A stretch of DNA of 64,000 nt, from assembly GCA_902780395.1 (NCBI GenBank), contig CACZFH010000005.1:1557-65556 (forward strand). Reading direction: 5' to 3'. Below are positions 30,408-39,242 of this stretch, piece after piece. The position numbers and the translations under genes are program-made. This DNA comes from an uncultured Erysipelotrichaceae bacterium. Lineage in GTDB: Bacteria > Bacillota_I > Bacilli_A > RF39 > UBA660. Each line of letters starts with the position of its first letter. Within the stretch, counting starts at the first letter, position 1. The notes under the pieces were generated by a model that saw only the letters and a program-made list of their open reading frames with translations, ran no database searches and was not told where the DNA came from.

Positions 30408-31291
30408 TGGCTACTCCCTCCAAATACTTCATAACTATCTGTAATAATGTAAAATGCTTCTTCATCGATTGCCTTAATTCCTTCTTTTAATTGATAATAA
30501 TCTTTGGTAGGTAAAACTGTCATTAATACATTTTCATAGTTCTTTTTATAACCACCTTTACCACTAAATACTGTGATACCATATCCTAGCTTTTTGATAA
30601 TGAAATCTCTTATTTCATCTTCTTTATTCGTTACTATCATAAACATCTTATTATCAGATACTCCTAATACAACTCTATCTGATATTAGACTAATTATATA
30701 AAGCATTAGAATGGAATACATCATATTATTAATTCCAAAGATAATGCCAGAGGCTAATACAATCAATCCATCACTCATTAACATACTTTTGCCCATGCTT
30801 GTTTTGCCATATTTGCAAATTATTTGATTGATTATATCTGTTCCTCCAGTAGTAAAACCTGCTCTAAATACCATTCCTGCTCCAAATCCATAGATTATTC
30901 CTCCGAATATCGCAGACAATAATACTTGAGAAGTATCAATTTGAAGCCAGATATTAATATTCTCTGTTAATGAAATAAAAGTTGGTAGTAATAGAGAGCC
31001 TAGAATAGTAGCTCTTGTCTTTTCTTTTCCTAATAATATATAACTTGTTATTAATAAGAAAATATTTAAAATAAAGATTATCATTGAATTAGAAAATCCA
31101 AAAAGACGATTTATAATTATAGCTAATCCACCAACGTTACCTGGAACTAAATTATTAGGTACAACAAAGATATTATAAGCTAGTGAGATGATAAAACAAC
31201 CTATTATAAATTCCGTAGTACGTTTTACTATTGATTTTCGATTAATGTATTCCATAAAACGAATATCTTTGGTTTTTGAAAATAAATTCAT
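30404..31291 (-). CDS. YitT-family membrane protein, tandem paralogue
   Basis: 295 aa with the same architecture (ITVFSGKGGY...LMTVLPTKDYYQL...IITDSYEVFG). 4-nt overlap with the downstream paralogue. Confidence 0.8.
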   Translation of the reverse strand: MNLFSKTKDIRFMEYINRKSIVKRTTEFIIGCFIISLAYNIFVVPNNLVPGNVGGLAIIINRLFGFSNSMIIFILNIFLLITSYILLGKEKTRATILGSLLLPTFISLTENINIWLQIDTSQVLLSAIFGGIIYGFGAGMVFRAGFTTGGTDIINQIICKYGKTSMGKSMLMSDGLIVLASGIIFGINNMMYSILMLYIISLISDRVVLGVSDNKMFMIVTNKEDEIRDFIIKKLGYGITVFSGKGGYKKNYENVLMTVLPTKDYYQLKEGIKAIDEEAFYIITDSYEVFGGSSQ

Positions 31292-31292
31292 A

Positions 31293-32394
31293 TTACTTCC
31301 CCTTTTTTAAATTACTTTCTATAAAAATGTCTATTTCTCCATCTAATACTTTGGATACATTGCTTGTTTCCACATTTGTTCTATGATCTTTTACCATAGA
31401 ATATGGATGTAATACATAACTTCTTATTTGAGAGCCAAATTCTATATTAGCTTGATCTCCTTTAATACCTTTCAATTCTTGCTCTTGTTCTTCAATCTTT
31501 TTTAATAATAATTTATTTTTTAATACTTTTAAGGCTTGCTCTTTATTTTGTATTTGGCTTCTTTCGTTTTGACATGTAACTACTATTTTGCTTGGTATAT
31601 GGGTAATTCGAACAGCTGAGTCTGTAGTATTAACTCCTTGGCCTCCGGCTCCTGTTGAACGGTATACATCTATTTTTAAATCTTTTTCATCTATTTCTAT
31701 AGTGGTATCTTGTTCTATTTCTGGGGTTACTTCAACTGAGGCAAAAGAAGTATGTCTTCTGTTATTGGAATCAAAAGGAGACAATCTTACTAGCCTATGA
31801 ACACCTTTTTCATTTTTTAGATATCCATAAGCATTTAATCCTTTTACTTGGATGGATACACTTTTAATTCCTGCTTCTTCTCCTTCTTGATAATCTAGTA
31901 ATGTTACTTTGTATTTCTTCTTTTCACACCAACGAAGATACATTCTATAAAGCATACTAGCCCAGTCACAAGATTCTGTTCCTCCGGCTCCTGGATGAAT
32001 ATCTACAATACAATTATTTTTATCATAAGGTCCAGATAATAATACTAATAATTTTAATTCACTTAAATCTTTTTCTATTGTTTTTGTATTATCTTCTATT
32101 TCTTTTAATATTGTTTCATCTGGTTCTGTTACCATTAAAGCTATCATTTCTTTATTAGTTGCTATATCTTGATTTAATGATTCTACTTGATTAACTAGTT
32201 CTTTTAGATTATTTAGTTCTAGTAAGACTTCTTCACTTTTATTGTGATCATTCCAAAAGTCTGGTTTTTCGGTTATTTCTTGAAGATTCTTAATTCTTTC
32301 TATTTTTTTAGGAAAGTCAAAGTGACCTCCTAAGCTCATTTATTTCTTTTTCAAATGATTCTAACATTCTATTTACTTCTTTAATATCTATCAT
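31293..32394 (-). CDS. prfB: Peptide chain release factor 2, expressed via programmed +1 frameshift
   Basis: Frame 0 runs 32394..32320 (MIDIKEVNRMLESFEKEINELRRSL) and stops at TGA 32317-32319. The +1 frame continues DFPKKIERIK... to 31293. SPF (RLSPFDS) and GGQ (GAGGQGVNT) motifs are present. The track shows only 31293..32339. Confidence 0.9.
32316..32331 (-). promoter_or_regulatory. RF2 autoregulatory +1 frameshift site
   Basis: AGGAGG (32326-32331, internal SD-like), then TCA, then CTT TGA C (32316-32322). This has the same geometry as the E. coli AGGGGG-UAU-CUU-UGA-C cassette. Confidence 0.85.
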
Positions 32395-32428
32395 TTTAAG
32401 ACCTCTTTTCAAGTATTTTTCCATTGTT

Positions 32429-32457
32429 ATTTTATCATAATTTTTTCATTTACTCAA
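32429..32457 (-). promoter_or_regulatory. Candidate sigma-A promoter for prfB
   Basis: Minus strand: TTGAGT (32452-32457), 17-nt spacer ending in TGa, TAAAAT (32429-32434). Located ~35 nt upstream of the ATG at 32394. Confidence 0.5.
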
Positions 32458-32551
32458 TTATTGATTTTTTTAGTATTTTTTTTCTTTTTTGACATATATT
32501 AGTATTGAGGAAGGTTCACTAAGTTTTGTGAAGATCCTCTATATATAGATT

Positions 32552-32578
32552 AAGGAGCTCTTTGGAGCTCCTTTTTTT
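32552..32578. terminator. Strong hairpin between hypothetical operon and prfB promoter
   Basis: AAGGAGCTC-TTTG-GAGCTCCTT. The T-run (TTTTTTT) is on the plus-strand side, while the minus-strand side has a weaker U tract. It probably ends the minus-strand 174-aa/39-aa unit. Confidence 0.55.
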
Positions 32579-32696
32579 ATTCTTCATCTTCATTTATTAT
32601 TTCAAACATTAACTTATTCTCTTTTTCTTGTAACTGAATGATTTCTTCCTTTAGTTTTTTTATTTCTTGAACTACTTCATCTATTAACTCTTTCAT
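32577..32696 (-). CDS. Possible 39-aa coiled-coil-like small protein
   Basis: MKELIDEVVQEIKKLKEEIIQLQEKENKLMFEIINEDEE. Its ATG overlaps the TGA of the upstream 174-aa ORF (ATGA). Below the ORF-track size cutoff. Coding status is uncertain. Confidence 0.3.
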   Translation of the reverse strand: MKELIDEVVQEIKKLKEEIIQLQEKENKLMFEIINEDEE

Positions 32697-33217
32697 TTTG
32701 CTACTCTTCTTTCTATATCATTAGATGTTGGAAAATTTGAAATTAGTTTTCCTATTTTTTCGGTTCTTACTTCTAATTCTTTCTTTTTTTGTGATAGTCT
32801 TTTCAATTCTTCTTTCTTTTCTTCTAAGTATGGATTTTCACCATAAGACTTATTATAAGATAATAATAGTAAATCTATTTTATTTTTTGTATCTTTTGAT
32901 AGACTCTCTAATTGACTCATTCCTTCTAATATAGTTACTAGTTTGACGTCTTGATAATTATCATTTTTTCTTTTATATGTTTCATAATAGGCTTTAATCT
33001 TTTTTTGTTCATATGGAAAGTCTTTGATAAAACCCATTCTTGAGAACATTAGAGAAACAGATTCTTCCTCTATTGAATCAATAATACTAGCAGGTTCGTC
33101 TAATTTTACGTCTATTATTAAACTTTCATGTAAAAATTGGAAACGTATCATATCAATGAATGCTAATAATTCATTTCTAATTTTGGGGCTTTTAATATGA
33201 TTTAGTATTTCTTCCAT
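32693..33217 (-). CDS. Hypothetical helical protein
   Basis: 174-aa ORF, K/E-rich and predicted helical. No recognisable motif. Confidence 0.5.
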   Translation of the reverse strand: MEEILNHIKSPKIRNELLAFIDMIRFQFLHESLIIDVKLDEPASIIDSIEEESVSLMFSRMGFIKDFPYEQKKIKAYYETYKRKNDNYQDVKLVTILEGMSQLESLSKDTKNKIDLLLLSYNKSYGENPYLEEKKEELKRLSQKKKELEVRTEKIGKLISNFPTSNDIERRVAK

Positions 33218-33535
33218 TTGTTTTTGATCTAAAACTTGTGATACATACTTTATTTTTGCTTGTAAAAACTTATTATAAAAGCTCCAATATGTATTAAAGC
33301 CATATCTATTTTACTATAGTCATTTTCCATGATAACTCTCCTTCTGTTTATTATATCATTTATATCATTATTTTTCTTTCTCTTCTAGTAATTTGGAATG
33401 AAGAACCACTCTCTTTTTTCCTTCATTTAAGCAGCTAGGCAAAGTAATTGTCTTATCATTTTTATTATTTCTAGAACGAATTAAACAGGTTTATGTTCTT
33501 ATAAATGTATTGTTGTTTATATTTTTATAATATAA

Positions 33536-33564
33536 AATATAAAAAGATAGGATGCTTCCTATTT
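33536..33564 (-). terminator. Rho-independent terminator of the phosphofructokinase gene
   Basis: Minus strand: ATAGGA-AGCA-TCCTAT (includes the TAG stop) followed by CTTTTTATATTTT. Confidence 0.6.
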
Positions 33565-34788
33565 CTTTAAATTTATATGTTGAGGAATTCCATCTTTGTA
33601 GATTTGTTTTACTTCTCCTTGAATTAGTGGTTTTAGGTAGTCTACTAGTTCTTCTTTTACGTAATTGTTATCTACATCAATCCATTCTAATGGTATTTTT
33701 TTCTCTATGTTAGCTATTTTATGGATGTCATCAAATACTTCATATTTTATTTTATATGGATTGTTAGAGATTCTTTTCATATAAACCATTTTCCCAGATT
33801 CATTCTTGGCTGCCAAATCGGCTCCTTTCATTCCACAGTGATAAGCCTCATCTAAATCAGTTTTTGAAGCTAGATGAGCGGCAGCTCTTTGAAGGGTTGA
33901 AAGGGTAATAGCTCTTGTTTTAACATTTAGTTTTTCTTTTAATATTTTACTTAAAATATCAGCACAACCTGCTAATTCTTTATGACCAAATGAATCTACT
34001 AATAAATTAGAGTCTGTTAATTCACAAATAAATTGATCATCTTCTGTTTTAATTCCTTCTGATAAGGCAATTACAATGGATGATTTCTTTTTTAGTAATT
34101 CTTTTGTTTCTTCTACAAAGGTATCTATATTAAAGGGAATCTCTGGTAAATAGATGGCATCTACTCCCATACTTGATTCATCTTTGGCTAAAGATGCGGC
34201 TGATGTTAGCCAACCAGCATGTCTTCCCATTATTTCGACAATTGCTATGGTTGGTTTGGTATTTCCATAACAATTATTATCTTGGATAATTTCTCTTAGG
34301 GTTGTTGCTATATATTTGCAAGCACTTCCAAAGCCGGGACAGTGATCGGTTATTGGTAAATCATTATCAATTGTTTTGGGTACTCCTATAAAGTTTTGTT
34401 TTTTCTTATTATCTTTAGCATAATCCGATAAAGACTCTACGGTATCCATTGAATCATTTCCACCTATATAGATAAAAGAATCAATAGCATGTTTATCTAA
34501 AATATCAAACACCTTTTCATATGTTTCTTCATGCTCTTTTATACTTCCTAGTTTAAATCGACATGTTCCTAAAAAGCTAGATGGGGTTCTTTTTAATAAT
34601 TCTAAGTTGTTTTTATCTTCAAAATATTCATCTAAGTCAATAATTTGTTCTTGTAATAGACCTTCTATTCCGTTTAACATACCATAAACTTTGAAGCCTT
34701 TTTTCTTAGCTTCATAATACACTCCTGCTAGAGATGCATTTATTACTGAAGTTGGTCCTCCTGATTGCCCTACAATTAATTTTTTCAT
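33559..34788 (-). CDS. 6-phosphofructokinase, PPi-dependent type by active-site signature
   Basis: 409 aa. GQSGGPTSVINASLAG, GGNDS (Asp at the E. coli G104 position) and PKTIDND (Lys at the G124 position). Confidence 0.8.
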   Translation of the reverse strand: MKKLIVGQSGGPTSVINASLAGVYYEAKKKGFKVYGMLNGIEGLLQEQIIDLDEYFEDKNNLELLKRTPSSFLGTCRFKLGSIKEHEETYEKVFDILDKHAIDSFIYIGGNDSMDTVESLSDYAKDNKKKQNFIGVPKTIDNDLPITDHCPGFGSACKYIATTLREIIQDNNCYGNTKPTIAIVEIMGRHAGWLTSAASLAKDESSMGVDAIYLPEIPFNIDTFVEETKELLKKKSSIVIALSEGIKTEDDQFICELTDSNLLVDSFGHKELAGCADILSKILKEKLNVKTRAITLSTLQRAAAHLASKTDLDEAYHCGMKGADLAAKNESGKMVYMKRISNNPYKIKYEVFDDIHKIANIEKKIPLEWIDVDNNYVKEELVDYLKPLIQGEVKQIYKDGIPQHINLKK

Positions 34789-34821
34789 TTTATACCTCCA
34801 TTTCAGTAATTATTATATATG

Positions 34822-34846
34822 AAAAAAAAAGAAATGTATATTTCTT
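34822..34846 (-). terminator. Rho-independent terminator after rdgB
   Basis: Minus strand: AGAAAT-ATAC-ATTTCT followed by TTTTTTTTTC. Confidence 0.65.
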
Positions 34847-34929
34847 TTCCCATAATTCTTAGTTGTTTAATACTTGATTAATTACTTATAATCCTTTTAA
34901 TATAGATTATAGTTTTTACTTTTATGTGG

Positions 34930-35493
34930 TTACATTTTAGCAAATTGCTCTTTTAAATTCTTAAGAGCAACTGCTCTGGCACTTATCACGTTTTTTTCTT
35001 CTTTTGTTAATTCTGCTAAAGTTAGACCATTGGGTAATTCAAATATTTCATCAAAACCAAAGCCATTTTCACCACGACAATCTTTGGAAATATAACCATC
35101 TAGTTTTCCTTCACTTACTATTAGTTCATCACCATTATAGTACACTATAGCACAAACCATTTGGGCGCTTCTATCCTCATATTTATTTGTTTCTTTTATT
35201 AAATACTCATTTCTCATTCTATCGGTGGCTTCTTCTCCTAAAAAACGATGGGTCATTACTCCTGGAAAATCATTTAAACATTTAACGCAAAGCCCAGAAT
35301 CATCAGCAATTGTTTCCTCTTTTACTATTTCATATATTTCCATAGCTTTTTTCTTAGCATTTTCTATAAAAGTATCCTGATTTTCTTCTATTTCTATGTC
35401 AATATTCTTATCTTTTAAAGAATAAATTTTCTTATCTTGAAATAATTTTTTAAACTCTTCAATTTTACCTTTATTATTTGTTGCGATTACCAT
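34930..35493 (-). CDS. rdgB: Non-canonical purine NTP pyrophosphatase (RdgB/HAM1)
   Basis: ATNNKGKIEEF N-terminus and FGFDEIF motif; 187 aa. Confidence 0.85.
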   Translation of the reverse strand: MVIATNNKGKIEEFKKLFQDKKIYSLKDKNIDIEIEENQDTFIENAKKKAMEIYEIVKEETIADDSGLCVKCLNDFPGVMTHRFLGEEATDRMRNEYLIKETNKYEDRSAQMVCAIVYYNGDELIVSEGKLDGYISKDCRGENGFGFDEIFELPNGLTLAELTKEEKNVISARAVALKNLKEQFAKM

Positions 35494-35533
35494 AACTATT
35501 TAGCTCCTTTATTAATATGCTTATAATTATATA

Positions 35534-35914
35534 TTAAATATCTTTTTTATTCATTAACTCATTTAATTCATTGTATGAATTATTTATTTCTTTTTCTATT
35601 ATTCTTAATTGATTATTCCATGATGGTTCTTGATAAGAATTATTATTCTTTTCTAATGTATTATTCCAAAAGTTACCCGTTTCAAATTTATTATTTATTC
35701 CATTTGAAATGACATAGGATACAATTACTAATACTAATCCAGAAATGACGCAAAGATTATTATTTAAGAGTAATCCAATAATTGCTATCAAAAGAGATAA
35801 AGTTATTAATAATAATCCTATTTTTCTTAATATTAAAAACCTTTTTCTTTGCCATTCTATAGCTTTTATTTTTCTTTTTAATACTTCTATTTTATAATTA
35901 TTATCATTATTCAT
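35534..35914 (-). CDS. Small membrane protein, unknown function
   Basis: 126 aa. Two adjacent TM helices (LLLITLSLLIAIIGLLL, ISGLVLVIVSYVI) flanked by N-rich tails. Confidence 0.5.
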   Translation of the reverse strand: MNNDNNYKIEVLKRKIKAIEWQRKRFLILRKIGLLLITLSLLIAIIGLLLNNNLCVISGLVLVIVSYVISNGINNKFETGNFWNNTLEKNNNSYQEPSWNNQLRIIEKEINNSYNELNELMNKKDI

Positions 35915-35925
35915 ATTAGTTTCCT

Positions 35926-36576
35926 TTATCTTTTTTTACACAATTTTTTTGTTTTTTTATCTACATTTAAATCTATCCAGTAATGCAATGGTTCATTTTC
36001 ATTATTATCAAATACTATATTATAATTAAAACTTACCACTTTGTATTCATTTATTCCTATATACTCATTTGTGGCATGTTTGATTTGTTCATATGTTAGT
36101 GTTTCTTTATCCTCTTTGGCTAAATGCTTGATCAAAATTAATTTTACAAAAACATTTCCATCTTCCCAAGATATTTCATCTTTCACTGAGATACGATATG
36201 GTTTATCCTTTCCATAATAATTTATAATGGCTTCATCTACTTCTTGTGGGGTAAGACTAATTGTATGATGAGATTCATTTTTTGCTGGCAAATCCCATGA
36301 TGCATCATAATTTCTCTTGTTATTCATTTCTTTATATTTATTTATTACTTCTTGAAAGTTATGACATTTATTAATACCTTTTTCGGTAAATAGTACCGCT
36401 TCTTCTAAAGAATTAAAATTCATATTTAAGTACATTTCATTATTATCTTTAATTCTTAATTGGTAATAAGTACCAATACTACTATTGATTATAGTAATGT
36501 TTACACAAAATTTCATTAAGGATATTGACAACTCATTACCTTTAACATACCAATGATTTAATTCCATTATACTCAT
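35926..36576 (-). CDS. Hypothetical protein
   Basis: 216-aa ORF, 11 nt upstream of the next gene. No motif recognised. Confidence 0.5.
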   Translation of the reverse strand: MSIMELNHWYVKGNELSISLMKFCVNITIINSSIGTYYQLRIKDNNEMYLNMNFNSLEEAVLFTEKGINKCHNFQEVINKYKEMNNKRNYDASWDLPAKNESHHTISLTPQEVDEAIINYYGKDKPYRISVKDEISWEDGNVFVKLILIKHLAKEDKETLTYEQIKHATNEYIGINEYKVVSFNYNIVFDNNENEPLHYWIDLNVDKKTKKLCKKR

Positions 36577-36664
36577 ATTAATCCTCTATTTTTCGTTCTT
36601 CTTTCTAAACTAATAAATCTATATAATCTTCATTCAACTAATGCCATTATAACATTTTTTCTAA

Positions 36665-36687
36665 TAAAAAAACAGGATTAACCTGTT
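36665..36687 (-). terminator. Rho-independent terminator
   Basis: Minus strand: AACAGG-TTAAT-CCTGTT followed by TTTTTTATT. Confidence 0.65.
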
Positions 36688-36841
36688 TATCTTATTATTT
36701 ACTGTCTCGCTTCATTATCATTAGTAGAAATGATATTTTTTTTCATTGCCTCCCAATTCATTTCTTTTTACATTATATTGAGTATTCTATTTCCATTTGT
36801 AATTTATCATCTTCTAAAACTTTACTACCTTAATTTTTTTA

Positions 36842-37324
36842 TTATAATTTTCTGAAATCATTTAGGTTAGTATCTTTATCTTTAATAACATCATCTGAAG
36901 TATTAAGCATATCTTCTAACATAGCTTGATCTTTTGCATCATTTGTTTTATCGTCATACTTACTAGAATCATTATCTATTACCATTTCTTTTTCAAGTCT
37001 ATTCTCTTTTCTAATTAAGTTTTTTCTTTCCACTTCTAGCTCAATAGATGGAAATCTCTCTTGATAATCTTTTATTAATTTGGCTATATGTTCTTCACTA
37101 ACTTCATATAATCCAAAATCAGGATCTCTTCTGAATTTAGCTTGGTCTGCACCTAAGCCAATTAAGGTTTTACTATCTAGGTAGGTACTTCCGTGTTGAT
37201 CATAGTAAACTTCTACTATCATCTTCTGTTGATTTATTACATATTTACCAACTTCATTTTCTATTTTCTTAGATGGTTCAACTCTTTTTTCAGGCTCCAA
37301 TCCTATTACCATTTCTTCTCTCAT
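36842..37324 (-). CDS. Hypothetical acidic protein
   Basis: 160-aa ORF. No motif recognised. Confidence 0.5.
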   Translation of the reverse strand: MREEMVIGLEPEKRVEPSKKIENEVGKYVINQQKMIVEVYYDQHGSTYLDSKTLIGLGADQAKFRRDPDFGLYEVSEEHIAKLIKDYQERFPSIELEVERKNLIRKENRLEKEMVIDNDSSKYDDKTNDAKDQAMLEDMLNTSDDVIKDKDTNLNDFRKL

Positions 37325-37425
37325 TTTTTTACCTCATCTTTCTTAATTTTAGTATATCATTATTCTATTCTGTTTCAAAATGATTTTACTTTTATTAGTG
37401 TAAAGTAAAAGAATAATGATTCATA

Positions 37426-39093
37426 TTATGGAGTTGAAGCTGATACTTGTATTTTCATGTCGGATAAAGTTCCTTTTATCATACGACCATAATTACCGTT
37501 TGATTCGATATTACAACCAAATGTTGCTGGTATATTGAAAGTATTACTTACTGGATAATTTGAAAAGTTATTTGTGTCACTTAATGGAGTAATACTATCA
37601 AAATCTACTTGATAATAGAATTCCATACCTTTTTTGATAATATTTATTCTATGAATTGTTAAAGGTAAATAAACTTGGGCTACTGTCCCTGTACCATCCT
37701 TCATAGCCATTTCATATCTATTTCCACTTAGTCTCAACATAAGTCCTGGATATGTGCTATTAGATTCATCTTTTATATTAAAGAGTGTGGCTTGTTTTAC
37801 TTGGTTGCTGCTGGTAAATTCATCTATTGTGAAAGTGACAACAAAGCTTTTTTGATAATTAGTAGAATTTAATAATTCCACTCCAGTATCAATTATGTTA
37901 GCACTAGTTCCATCAAAGACATGAGCTCCTGATGAGGAATAAGCAACCGTCATAGTTTCATTCATAAAGTCTGCTATTTCTTGATCAATTATATCATAAG
38001 GAATACCTGTTGGTTCGGTTACTCTAACATATAAATTAGCTAAATCTCCGATTAAAAAACGATCAGAATTTGGTACTCCAGCTGGAGATAAAGCAGTTCC
38101 TATGGTTAATGGATTGTCAAAAGTTGGAATAGTAGTAAGATCTGTAACATATACATCTGACCCTCCATTAATAGAATAGAATACTTTATTACTAATTTTC
38201 TTAAGGACAAAAGATTGAATATCCTCTGGGTTCCATTTTAACTTTTTATTATTTACTCCTGTTCCAACCTGAAGATACCATTTGCCATCTTCAATTCTAA
38301 AGACAACTCCTGGATATGGTGAAGCATCATTTATGCTATCAAATATAGTATCTACTTTACCAGTACGGAAACGAGATGGGTCAATGTTGTCAACTGTGAA
38401 TCCTATTTCAAAATCATTATCGTGATTTTCAGCACTAAACAAGGAAATACCTGTATTAATATAATCAATATGTTGGCCGTTGGCACAATCTCCAACAATA
38501 TCATTATTTTCTCCATTGAATTCACAAATACTAGATATTTCATATTCTTCAATGGCTTGGCCATCAAATTTAAAATTTAAATAGGAATTTAAAACTCTTT
38601 CATCATAATGTTGCTGTTGTTCTTTATACTTAAATGTTAAATTGGCAACTATTGTTTCATTAGGATCAATAGTGTCTCCAATACTAATTCCCGTAACTTC
38701 AAAATCTATATCTTCATTGTCATAAAAGTTACTATCATAAACAACTCCTTTAAATTCTTTAGCGGAATTTGTTAAATTAATTATACTAACTTGATATGTA
38801 ATAGAAGAATTTGGGTCATCCCTTAATGTTATTGTAGAATCTACCATGGATTTATAATATGTATTTATATTTGAATTAGAAACATCAGCATTATTATTTG
38901 ATAAATAAGTAACATTACTAATTACTACTCCTGTCTGTCCAGAAGCTGAAGCTACTCCAGATAGTGATAAATCTATTCCAGTAATATTGGCATAACCAAT
39001 TCCCATAATTAAGGTCACAATAATGATTAAGCCTAATAATTTAGGTGTAATACTAATATGTGATAAATACTTTTTTATTTTTTTCATATTCAT
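37426..39093 (-). CDS. Secreted/signal-anchored protein with two LamG (concanavalin-like) type domains
   Basis: 555 aa with an N-terminal anchor (LLGLIIIVTLIMGIGYA). Two similar C-terminal modules end in ...PLTIGTALSPAG...RFLIGDLANLYVRV and ...IPATFGCNIESNG...MIKGTLSDMKIQV, as in Laminin_G_3 domains. Confidence 0.55.
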   Translation of the reverse strand: MNMKKIKKYLSHISITPKLLGLIIIVTLIMGIGYANITGIDLSLSGVASASGQTGVVISNVTYLSNNNADVSNSNINTYYKSMVDSTITLRDDPNSSITYQVSIINLTNSAKEFKGVVYDSNFYDNEDIDFEVTGISIGDTIDPNETIVANLTFKYKEQQQHYDERVLNSYLNFKFDGQAIEEYEISSICEFNGENNDIVGDCANGQHIDYINTGISLFSAENHDNDFEIGFTVDNIDPSRFRTGKVDTIFDSINDASPYPGVVFRIEDGKWYLQVGTGVNNKKLKWNPEDIQSFVLKKISNKVFYSINGGSDVYVTDLTTIPTFDNPLTIGTALSPAGVPNSDRFLIGDLANLYVRVTEPTGIPYDIIDQEIADFMNETMTVAYSSSGAHVFDGTSANIIDTGVELLNSTNYQKSFVVTFTIDEFTSSNQVKQATLFNIKDESNSTYPGLMLRLSGNRYEMAMKDGTGTVAQVYLPLTIHRINIIKKGMEFYYQVDFDSITPLSDTNNFSNYPVSNTFNIPATFGCNIESNGNYGRMIKGTLSDMKIQVSASTP

Positions 39094-39242
39094 TCTCCTT
39101 ATAGGCTATCTTCTTTATTATTTTATCACGTTATTATTTTTTTTTCCATAATTTGAATAAATTGTTTAAGAATTGTTTGTTGATTGTAGTCTTTTTTTGT
39201 TTTATAATTACCTTAGTATTTCATAATATGTAGGGTGATAAT

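Noticed and set aside
32395-32580. Plus-strand small RNA ending at the 32552-32578 hairpin, whose T-run is on the plus side.
   Set aside because: No convincing plus-strand -35/-10 pair lies upstream (TTGACA at 32489 has no -10 partner). The hairpin more likely serves the minus-strand hypothetical operon.
33253-33330. 26-codon ORF (MENDYSKIDMALIHIGAFIISFYKQK) with a GGAGAG RBS upstream of the 174-aa gene.
   Set aside because: It may be real, but it is too short to support from sequence alone and has no motif.
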